Shown here piece after piece: positions 1 to 9,151 of a stretch of DNA of 64,000 bases (its first letter is position 1; every line of letters starts with the position of its first letter). This stretch comes from Macrostomum hystrix (Eukaryota; Animalia; Platyhelminthes). A program made the position numbers and the translations under genes. The notes beneath the pieces were generated by a model. That model was not told the DNA's origin. It was given only the letters and a program-made list of their open reading frames with translations, and made no database searches. The stretch lies in the NCBI GenBank assembly GCA_950097015.1, contig CATNEN010000011.1, positions 4,030,001-4,094,000 on the forward strand. The letters run 5' to 3'.

Positions 1-59
1 GACTCATAGTTAAAAAATAGCATCACTTCACTACTACGATTGTCCAGTCTATAAATAGC

Positions 60-2568
60 ATGAATAATGAGTCACTGCTTCAGTCTAAAAATAGAATCAA
101 CTCCTCTGCACATTGCAGGCATCAACAACCAGATCAAGTGCACACACCGACGGACAGCTTTTTGAGCTGTCCAACTCTTCGACTAGACGCGGCCAATCAG
201 AGACGCGGTCGTGCGCGGAGCGCTTTTCGAGGCCTACTCAGTCCGTTGTTAATCCTTCTATGTCTGGGCATTGGGCGTTGCCTATTGGAATCGCGCCTAA
301 GACACGGCCCTCTGACTGGGAATCCGCTCAGCTGTCTAGCCACTGGAGGCGGTCCTCTATGCCTTGCCAGTCTGGCAGTCCTAGCCTTTGTCGCGTTGAA
401 TATGGCAGTTCTATTGGCCAATTGCGGTGGACATCGTCGGCTCGGTGTCGTTAGCGCCGCCTGCCTGCTTCTCGTGTCTCCGGCCTGTGTTGTGCTGTGG
501 AGCAGGCCATCGCCTGGTAAGCAGTGCATCCCCTGCTTGCTGGTAACAGCGGCATGATAATAATATCTAACATTCTACAACACCTTGGAAACTTTTCTTC
601 CTGCTAATTCTAAAGCTGACCCTCCCTAATGCTTCAGTAGGGTCATTGCTACCCTCCCTGAAGCATCAGTTGTCTGTAGCTACCCTCCCTGAAGCATCAG
701 TTGTCTGTAGTTGTCTGTTGTCTGTAGCTCAGTTGGCTGTAGCTACCCTCCCTGAAGCTTCAGTAGGTCATAGCTACCCTCCCTGAAGCTTCAATTGGTC
801 ATAGCTACCCTCCCTGAAGCTTCAGTAGGTCATAGCTACCCTCCCTGAAGCTTCAGTAGGTCATAGCTACCCTTCCTGAAGCTTCAGTAGGTCATTGCTA
901 CCCTTCCTGAATCATCAGTTGTCTGTAGCAACCCTCCCTGAGGCTTCAGTTGTCTGTAGCTGCCCTCCCTGAAGCTTCAGTAGGTCAAAGCTACCATTCC
1001 TGAAGCTTCAGTAGGTCAAAGCTACCATTCCTGAAGCTTCAGTAGGTCATAGCTACCATTCCTGAAGCTTCAGTAGGTCATAGCTACCATTCCTGAAGCT
1101 TCAGTAGGTCATAGCTACCATTCCTGAAGCTTCAGTAGGTCATAGCTACCATTCCTGAAGCTTCAGTAGGTCATAGCTACCATTCCTGAAGCTTCAGTAG
1201 GTCATAGCTACCATTCCTGAAGCTTCAGTAGGTCATAGCTACCATTCCTGAAGCTTCAGTAGGTCATAGCTACCATTCCTGAAGCTTCAGTAGGCTGTAC
1301 TGTCATCTTCAAACCCTCAATTCCCGCAGTGCTCAGCTTTGCTGCCATGTCAGCCAGTGTGTGGCTATTCCTCAAGCTGGCCACATTTCATCTAGTGGCC
1401 TTCAAAACAGTCACATCAGGCCGGCAGAGCGAAGCCGGGCCTGTAACAACGAGACGCCTGTGTTATTTCGTCTTGTCCTCTCGTTTGGCAACATCCGAGA
1501 CTGGCGCTTTCAGAGCAGATTGGAACACTCTAAGCTATAGTCTGCAACTAACTGGCCTATTGGCAGCATCTGTCTCCCTGTCTCAGCAATGGCTTCTGCC
1601 TTCGCTGGAAGCTGCTGCCGCTTCAGCTGGCGACACTGCGGCCTCGAATGATGAGCAGTCGGCGACCACTCCGCACTTCTGGCTGTTGGTGACGTTGGAA
1701 CGCCAGCTTCGGTTGTCTGCGCCCGTCATCGCCGTCTGTCTTCTAGTCGGCTTAGCTGGAAATCGATTTTTTAAACTCATCGATCACTGCTGTCAGACTA
1801 AAGATCTGGTGAGAATTTTATTATTATATAAATTTTGACTTTGCTTGTACCATTTTGTACTTTATAATAGTGTTTTATTGTGAACCTTCAAGGCCTCTCA
1901 AAATGATCCATTAGGGCCACTCTAAATTATCCTTCAAGCCTTTTTAAAATTATCCTTCAAGCCTTCTTAAAATTATCCTTCAGGACCTCATAAAATTATC
2001 CTTCAGGGCCTCTCTAAATTTTTCTTCAGGGCCTCTCAAAATGATCGTTAATGGCCTTTTTTGATAACCTTTCAGGCCCTTGTAAGAATGATCGTTCAGG
2101 TCATAATTTATATGCGAAGCTGCAGGATCTTCTTTATAGTATATTTCAGGTCCTTCATTGGCAGTAGCTATAGAGACAAACTAAATTAACAAAGCAACAC
2201 CCGCCTACCCAATGCAGAAATCGTCAACAATCAGTGCTCAGCAAACAGATGAGCAGTGGTGGAACGCCTCGAGCCTGTCCGATCTATTTCATCAATCCAG
2301 CCTAGCCTTGTCAGCATCGTCACCAATTAGACAACTGAAACTGCCGGGCCTGGCTTGGGCCCTCCTAACCCAGCTAGTGGTGTCTGTGTCTCTGCGTTCA
2401 CCCAGGCTTTGGCCCCTACTGATTGTCACCGCTGTTCTACCTGCGCTGAATTTAGTCAGCAAAAAATTGGGCAACAATGTGTTTGTCTGGCTGTGCATGG
2501 TGCTTGGCCTACCAGTTCTGTCCCAGTTAGCCCACACTGACTACTACCAGTACTATCTAGTATGGTGA
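60..2568 (+). CDS. DGAT1: DGAT1-like MBOAT membrane protein, probably catalytically dead. Three exons: 60-516, 1330-1808, 2218-2568 (~428 aa).
   Basis: The spliced translation is collinear with DGAT1: VHTPTDSFLS~CHRLQDSLFS, AFRGLLSPLLILLCLGIGRCLLESRLRHG~[40 protein letters not shown]~QQWMVP, ERQLRLSAP~ERLLKLAVP, QWWN, VVSVSLRSPRLW~LVSVPLRMFRLW, GNNVFVWLCMVLGLP..TDYY~GNAAVWLSLIIGQP..HDYY. GT/AG junctions (517/1329 phase 1; 1809/2217 phase 0) keep the frame. The exon 3 acceptor is the least certain. Confidence 0.85.
640..1295 (+). repeat. 31-bp minisatellite in DGAT1-like intron 1 (GAAGCTTCAGTAGGTCATAGCTACCATTCCT), ~20 copies
   Basis: Directly visible tandem units, homogeneous from ~970. Contains the 12-bp palindrome CTGAAGCTTCAG. 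Confidence 0.95.
1885..2100 (+). repeat. Degenerate tandem repeat in DGAT1-like intron 2 (TTATCCTTCAGGCCTCTCAAAA-like)
   Basis: Recurring CCTTCA(A/G)G(G)CC..AAAAT(T/G)AT units. Confidence 0.7.
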
Positions 2569-3277
2569 CACCCTAATTGCAGTCTTGTTTTGACTTGTAA
2601 ATATAAACATATTATTATTGTATTACTATTTATAAGTAGCGTGTTTTTGAATCAATACTAATTATACTAATACCAATGTAAGTTTCATTGTGAATGATTT
2701 CACTAGCAATAAATCAATTGCAGTCAATTTCATTACTATTCAGAAATCGAATAGTCGATTATTCGTTTTGTCTTTCTTTGACGACAAGGTTTTGTTTAAA
2801 AATAGTTTCTAGCGATTTGAAACTTTAGTGTACAAAAAGTACATAAAACATCTTTTGGTTCTAAATAATTGGGAAATTCAACATAAAAGAAGCGATTTAT
2901 CTGTCAATAAGAGTCTCTTTATTCCCTAATTGCTTTATTTTTAATCAGTAAAATTAATAGCAGCATCAGGTGGGGTGTGGCGGCCTGCTAGTCCATGGAC
3001 AAAACAGCTGTACACATCCTTCAATAGCTACGACTTTAAATCTGGTCTAACTTGGCTTTTTTAAAGCTTTATTTTTTAAAGCAAACAAAAAATTGCAAGC
3101 TACCAATAATAACACCTATAATGACCAACGTTACCAGTAATTTAGACCCGGGATTAATTTTAATCTTTATTTTTAATACCAAAATGACTCCCATAGAATC
3201 TAAACTATCAAAATCAGTCTTGATTTATTCATAATCATTCTTTAATTATAGCTACTATTTTACAAATTTGTTTCCAG

Positions 3278-4399
3278 TCGGCAAACTACTCAGCCGGCCT
3301 GTCGGAGTACGCCGACAAAGGCACCCTAGGCCTGCCGGAGACTCACGAGTCTCAGGCCGACTGGGAGGCTAAAACTCGCCACCTGGCTGAACTCATTCGT
3401 CAGCCAGGAGCGCGGCTGGTTGTACACACCGGCGCTGGTATCAGCACAGCCGCCGGTATTCCGGACTTTCGCGGGCCAAACGGCGTCTGGACGCTGGAAC
3501 GTCAAGGTCGAGTAGCCGAGGCTGGCGCCAAGTTTGAAGAGGCCAGGCCGACTCTGACCCACGCGGCTCTGGTTGCCATGGAGGCGGCAGGCTATTTGCA
3601 CTATTTAGTGACGCAGAATGTTGACGGCTTGCATCTGCGGTCTGGCTTTCCGCGCAATCGCCTGTCCATACTGCACGGCGACATGTTCGTTGAACGCTGT
3701 CGCCGTTGCGGCCTGCACCAATGTCGCCAATCTGGCCCGGTTGAGACCGTCGGCCAGAAGCCGACGGGTCGATTCTGTACGGCTCCGGCCAGGCGTGGCA
3801 GAAAGAAAGATCAGCCTGCTGTGGATGGAGGCGTTTGTGGCGGGGAGATGCTGGACACTGTCCTCGATTGGGAGCATCAGCTGCCGTTGGCTGACTTACG
3901 TCGGGCTCGCGAGCATGCCAGTAAGGCTACTGTCAATCTGGCCCTGGGCACCAGTTTGCAAATTGTCCCCGCCGCCGACTTGCCAACAATGGGCGGAAAG
4001 TTGGTCATTGTTAATCTCCAACCGACAAAGCGTGATTCTGACAGTTATTTAAGAATCAACGCCCGCTGCGATTCAGTGATGCGACTGCTGTGCCGTGAGC
4101 TGGGTATTGGCGATGAGATTTTGGCGCCCTTGCTTCAGCTGCAGCATTTGCGTCTGTTGTCTAGGCACACTAAGAAAAGTGAACGACTTCCTTGGCGATT
4201 TGCGTCTTTAGAAGGTGACTTTTCCGAGGATTCTAAACAGCTCGTGACGTTGTCGATTGATAACGAATCTCATCGCGAAGAAGTTAAAGTGAAACAGGGG
4301 AACATCAAGACTGAAAGAGGAGCTCAGCAACCAACTGAAAGCGGAGCTCAACAACCAACTGAAAGCGGAGCTCAACCACCAACTGAAAGCGGAGCTTAA
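3278..4399 (+). CDS. SIRT6: NAD-dependent deacylase sirtuin-6. Single coding exon with no genomic ATG; the frame starts at acceptor TTCCAG|TCG. It would extend to 4687 if TAA 4397 were sense.
   Basis: The frame from 3278 reads SANYSAGLSEYADKGTLGLPE, matching SIRT6 (M)[21 protein letters not shown]. Also HTGAGISTAAGIPDFRGPNGVWT, TQNVDGLHLRSG, LHGDMFVERCRRC (catalytic His), a second Cys pair, DTVLDWE and GTSLQIVP. In frame with the supplied ORF 3578-4399. Confidence 0.95.
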   Translation, partial: SANYSAGLSEYADKGTLGLPETHESQADWEAKTRHLAELIRQPGARLVVHTGAGISTAAGIPDFRGPNGVWTLERQGRVAEAGAKFEEARPTLTHAALVAMEAAGYLHYLVTQNVDGLHLRSGFPRNRLSILHGDMFVERCRRCGLHQCRQSGPVETVGQKPTGRFCTAPARRGRKKDQPAVDGGVCGGEMLDTVLDWEHQLPLADLRRAREHASKATVNLALGTSLQIVPAADLPTMGGKLVIVNLQPTKRDSDSYLRINARCDSVMRLLCRELGIGDEILAPLLQLQHLRLLSRHTKKSERLPWRFASLEGDFSEDSKQLVTLSIDNESHREEVKVKQGNIKTERGAQQPTESGAQQPTESGAQPPTESGA

Positions 4400-4572
4400 C
4401 AACCAACTGAAAGCGGAGCTCAACAACCAACTGAAAGCGGAGCTCAACAACCAACTGAAAGCGGAGCTCAACAACCAACTGAAAGCGGAGCTCAACAACC
4501 AACTGAAAGCGGAGCTCAACAACCAACTGAAAGCGGAGCTCAACAACCAACTGAAAGCGGAGCTCAACAACC
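4319..4572 (+). repeat. 24-bp coding tandem repeat (AQQPTESG) in the SIRT6 C-terminal tail, ~10 copies
   Basis: GCTCAACAACCAACTGAAAGCGGA units; one copy has CAA>TAA at 4397. Confidence 0.95.
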
Positions 4573-5059
4573 TAAGAAAGAGTTGATCAATGGTACTCAA
4601 AACTATGATAAAAGTGACAAGCAAGAGTCGAATGAGGATGAAGATGAGTTTAATTCAAGACCCGCTAAAGTTTCTAAGCTAGTTTAGTACTCCATTTGTA
4701 CTCGCATCTTAACTCTAATCGCGCATTTTAAATTGTCGCTTTAGTTTTATATAATAAAAATTTTCAGCATTTGTAATATAGTACCTGTAAAATTACTGTC
4801 ATAATTATGGCGTCGAAAAAAGTGTACATTGTAGCTTGTTATTTCTTGTTTTTTTCATAGCGCATGTTTAAATAAAAAATCCAGCATGCCAGGATTTAAG
4901 CTTCTAATCTTCTGTTACAAATGTTTTTTTGGAAACTGGAATTAAAATATTATATATTTCATAATCTTTTTAATTCGAAGCCTTCTTAAAGATTGCGGAG
5001 ATCCTTTTAAACTCCTGTCATTAGGTCGCTTCAAAAAGTCACTTTCTTTTATCCCAATC

Positions 5060-5712
5060 CCTCCCATTTCGGACTGTCATTCTACAAGATCCCATTTCGG
5101 ACTGTCATTCTACAAGATCCCATTTCGGACTGTCATTCTACAAGATCCTTTCGGACTGTCATTCTCCAAGATCCCATTTCGGACTGTCATTCTCCAAGAT
5201 CCCATTTCGGACTGTCATTCTACAAGATCCCATTTCGGACTGTCATTCTACAAGATCCTTTCGGACTGTCATGCTCCAAGATCCCATTTCGGACTGTCAT
5301 TCTCCAAGATCCCATTTCGGACTGTGATTCTCCAAGATCCCATTTCGGACTGTGATTCTCCAAGATACCATGTTGGACTGTGATTCTCCAAGATCCCATT
5401 TCGGACTGTGATTCTCCAAGATCCCATTTCGGACTGACATTCTCCAAGATCCCACTTCGGACTGACAGTCTCCAAGATCCCATTTCGGACTGACATTCTC
5501 CAAGATCCCATTTCGGACTGTCATTCTCCAAGATCCCATTTCGGACTGACATTCTCCAAGATCCCACTTCGGACTGACAGTCTCCAAGATCCCATTTCGG
5601 TCTGACATTCTCCAAGATCCCATTTCGGACTGACATTCTCCAAGATCCCATTTTGGACTGTGATTCTCCAAGATCCCATTTCGGACTGATATTCTCTAAG
5701 ATCCCATTTCGG
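5060..5712 (+). repeat. 28-bp minisatellite between SIRT6 and SMYD4-like (CTCCAAGATCCCATTTCGGACTGTCATT), ~23 copies
   Basis: Visible tandem units; they explain the minus-strand repeat ORFs. Confidence 0.95.
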
Positions 5713-5800
5713 TTTTTGACATTTTTTTGTCTACAATGCTTTAAAAAATCCCATTTCTCCAAGGTTTTCTCCAAAAAATTGCCCAACACCCGCAGCCGCG

Positions 5801-7762
5801 ATGCCGACGCCAGCTGCACAGCGCACCGGCAGCCGGTCCATGCCGCAGGCCATGAAATGCCTCGGCGCTGAGGCGTCAACCACCGCCCTGGCCTGGCTGG
5901 CAGCTCCGGAGGCTGCCGACCGCACTCGCGCGGGTTCGCCAGCTGAGTTCGAGCTCCTGCTAGCCCAGCAAGTCCTGGCCTCGCTTGATTGGTCCAGCTA
6001 CGTTGCCGAAGCCGTCTCTGATTGGCCGCGTCAGCGTCCGTTGCCTGGCGACGCTAAAAGTGCAGCTAGACTAGCCGAAGCTCGCCTAGCCGGAATCGAA
6101 GCCCTGGACTGTGGACTTCTGCGACTTGCGGCTTTGCGTTTCAGCGAGTGCGCCAGACACGCCCAGCCGGGCAGCGTCGACCTCGCCGTAGCCTTCGCCA
6201 ATCGCTCGCTTGCTTTCAAACGTCTGGGCCTCTACGCCGAGTCCGTAGCTGATGCCGAGGCGGCTCTTAGCCTGCCCTACGGCGACGATCGGGTCGGCAA
6301 ACTTTTCGCTCGCATCGCTGAATGCCAGAAACTAATTTCGGCCAAGTCGACTGATTCGACATTGTCTTCGCCACCCGGTCAAGAATGGAAGCCGAATCCG
6401 CACCTGCCGCACGCCAGTAACAAAGTCGATCTCGCCGTAGCCGATGACAATCGCGGTCGTAGCCTAGTCGCCCTGGAAGACATCGATGTTGGCGAATTGG
6501 TGATTTTCGAACCGGCTTTTAGCGCCGTTCTCAATTCCGGCCTCCGTGAGACCCACTGCGCCACTTGCCTGACGCCTTGCCATCGACTCCTGCCCTGCCA
6601 CGGATGCTCTGCTGTGGCCTTCTGCTCCGAGGCCTGTCGCGATCTGGTCGACGGCGTCCACGCGGCCGAGTGCGGCTGGCTTGCCAGCTGGCTTGACTCG
6701 GCATTCAACGCAGGCATTGGTCGCCTAGCCTTCGCCACAGTGTTGTTCGCTGGTGGACCCCGGGCTGTTGTTGACGCAGTTAATAAGAGGCTCACTGAAT
6801 GTGCCAAGCCTGGAGTGGATGCTGTATTCGGCGCTGTTGGCGACTATCAATCTGTGCTGGATCTTGTAGCCGGGGAGACGCGCAGAGGACCTGAAGATCT
6901 GGCCCGTCGAGTGGGCGTCGCCTATCAGATGGCTCTGCTCCTGAGTCCACAGTTTGAGTCGATCGCTTCGCCGGAATTCGCGGCCAGGCTAGCCGCAGCC
7001 CTGCTGCATCATCTCATGCTGATACCTTGCAATGCGCACGATGTCACCGCTCTGACAGCCCCGCCCTCTAGGCTGACCAGCCCGAGTCTGACTGACAGCG
7101 CCAGCTCCGTCGAAGTTTCAGCGTTGACCATTCGCGATATCGGATCGGCAGTTTATCCCACGGCCAGTCTGATCAATCACTCCTGCGATCCCAATCTAGT
7201 CAGGGTCACTGGCGCCGGCTTGCGCTTGGAGATCCGCGCTCTCCGGCCCATTGCTAAGGGCTCAGAGTTGCTTGACAACTACGGCTGGCACTGGGCGGTG
7301 CATTCCAGACAGCAGCGATTGGAGAACCTGCGGTCACAGTACTTGTTCGACTGTGACTGTCAGGCATGCCAGGGTGAGTGGCCCCTGTACGAAGGGCTGC
7401 TGTCGATTGAGCCCAATTGGGTTGTCGAGGGCGAGGCCAAAGTCGATGACACTGTCGTTCAAGACGAGGCTGAAGACAGCAATACCTCCGAGGTTGTCGC
7501 TAAAGTCGAAGTCGATAGTACCATCAAAGCCGAAGTGGAGTCCGCTGTCGCAGTTGTTGTCGAATTTGTGTCGTCTTCATCGGCGTCAGCTGGACAACTG
7601 GGCGCCGATTTGAATGCGCGTTTCGCGCCGCGCCTGCTGTCTCTGATTGGCCTACTGCAGCGTCGGGTGCGTCGGCCGCATCGATGGTTTAACGACGCCG
7701 AAGAGTGCATCAAAATGGTTTGGAGCGCTCAAGGCCGACTGGACGCCGTCGGTACAGACTGA
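5801..7762 (+). CDS. SMYD4: SET and MYND domain protein, SMYD4-like lysine methyltransferase, intronless, 653 aa
   Basis: N-terminal TPR (AFANRSLAFKRLGLYAESVADAEAAL), SET-N (RGRSLVALEDIDVGELVIFEPAFS), MYND (CATC..CHGC..FCSEAC..HAAEC), SET-C (AVYPTASLINHSCDPN..ELLDNYG) and post-SET (YLFDCDCQAC). The TPR before the SET domain favours SMYD4. Confidence 0.85.
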   Translation: MPTPAAQRTGSRSMPQAMKCLGAEASTTALAWLAAPEAADRTRAGSPAEFELLLAQQVLASLDWSSYVAEAVSDWPRQRPLPGDAKSAARLAEARLAGIEALDCGLLRLAALRFSECARHAQPGSVDLAVAFANRSLAFKRLGLYAESVADAEAALSLPYGDDRVGKLFARIAECQKLISAKSTDSTLSSPPGQEWKPNPHLPHASNKVDLAVADDNRGRSLVALEDIDVGELVIFEPAFSAVLNSGLRETHCATCLTPCHRLLPCHGCSAVAFCSEACRDLVDGVHAAECGWLASWLDSAFNAGIGRLAFATVLFAGGPRAVVDAVNKRLTECAKPGVDAVFGAVGDYQSVLDLVAGETRRGPEDLARRVGVAYQMALLLSPQFESIASPEFAARLAAALLHHLMLIPCNAHDVTALTAPPSRLTSPSLTDSASSVEVSALTIRDIGSAVYPTASLINHSCDPNLVRVTGAGLRLEIRALRPIAKGSELLDNYGWHWAVHSRQQRLENLRSQYLFDCDCQACQGEWPLYEGLLSIEPNWVVEGEAKVDDTVVQDEAEDSNTSEVVAKVEVDSTIKAEVESAVAVVVEFVSSSSASAGQLGADLNARFAPRLLSLIGLLQRRVRRPHRWFNDAEECIKMVWSAQGRLDAVGTD

Positions 7763-9151
7763 AACTGAGCTTGGGGTTGGCTAACTGCCGCTCCACCACC
7801 TGACTGGGAAGAGTTGTTAGAAGGGGGCCGTACCTGCGGAATTCAGAAGCTTTGCGAGCGTGAGTTTGCAGACCCCTCTCTTAACAATAGAAAGAGCACG
7901 GCTGATGGGGGGTATTCTAAATTCCCAACTGCTCTTCCCAACTCCCAACCCTCCGCTCTTTAGGATAATTAACTTTCAAAGCCGTTTGACCTCAGCATCG
8001 TCGAGATATTCAGCGATTCTTGTGGAAGATCCTCGTGAAAAGGACAAGTAACATTGCTCTGTGTAAACCTCTACGGCGTGTTCGTATTGGTTAAGAAAAA
8101 TAGCCGCGGGATATTTTAGAATACTGAAAAAATAAAGTATTTGAAATTTCCCCGTGATCTTTCTATTGTTAACCGATCATAATTGGAACTAAATTTATAC
8201 ACTTTTCTACCTACTTTTATCGAATTGTTAAGTAGTATGTTGGTTTGTAACGCGTGCCTTTTTACGCGTTTTCTAGAGTTTTAATGCTAGACCTGTTCCT
8301 TCAGTATTATAGGGGTGTCTAAGTTTATATTAAAATTTTATGCTACAACTTTTTCACTAGCTTATCATAGAATATTTACCGACTGAATAATGAATGAAGC
8401 ATGCCTTGAATTGAGTGCCGTGTTTTTTACCTATTTATCAACGATCATTTTTTTTGCCTTGCTTGCATGTCAATACTTGATCATCATATTTATGTGTGTG
8501 ACCGCATTTTTAGCCTTATTAAATAACGCTTTTTGGCAACCAGACCATTGTGTTTGCGTGCTGTTAAATTAATTTTATTTATGCAATTCTATTAAGATTA
8601 TCTTCTAATTATAACATCCAAACTTGAAGGAATTTTAATTTGAAATGAAAAAAATAAACTTTGATTTAATTTTTTGTCCCTTTTTCTGGAAAATTCATTC
8701 AATAACTTCAGACTCATTTATTTTCCAGAGATTCACAGGCTGTGTATCGTTTTTCTGTCCGTGGACTGGGCTTCAGTTTATTCAGTCATACAGCTGGATA
8801 AACATGTTCTACTATTAGCACGAGTCTAACTAATATTATTAGTATGATTATTTTTATAAGTCTTATCGCCCTTGTGTCCACACAGCTACCGTACAGCTAC
8901 CGTACCGCACACAGCACACGCTGTCCTCTCTTCCTTCTCGTTTTTTTGTTTGCTAATTAACACCACCCTGGCTAGCGGTTTTCTGCTGAATGATGGCCTT
9001 TAGAGTGGGCGTCGATAAATTTCGATGCACTTTTAAGCAAAAAAATGCTCGAACTAACTAAGCTTCTCTGAGAACAGTTGTACACGCTACAAAGATGACG
9101 AAGCATTTAGCTACTCGAAAATCAGTCACGGTTACTCCTGCCTTTTACCAG

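Noticed and set aside
2562-2570. ATG|GTGACA overlapping the DGAT1-like stop as a cis source of the SIRT6 start
   Set aside because: The donor is weak and would need a transcript start inside the upstream CDS. SL donation is simpler, but this is disfavoured rather than excluded.
3052-3234. 60-aa ORF before SIRT6; similarly 7860-8051 and 8390-8572
   Set aside because: AT-rich or low-complexity, near-cognate starts, no recognisable motifs; intercistronic DNA.
5220-5925. Minus-strand repeat ORFs (MGSWRM../PKWDLGE..)
   Set aside because: Translations of the 28-bp array.
8650-8812. Two hairpins ending in an ACA, suggesting an H/ACA snoRNA
   Set aside because: No proper ANANNA hinge box and the pairing is modest; cannot be supported without covariance models.
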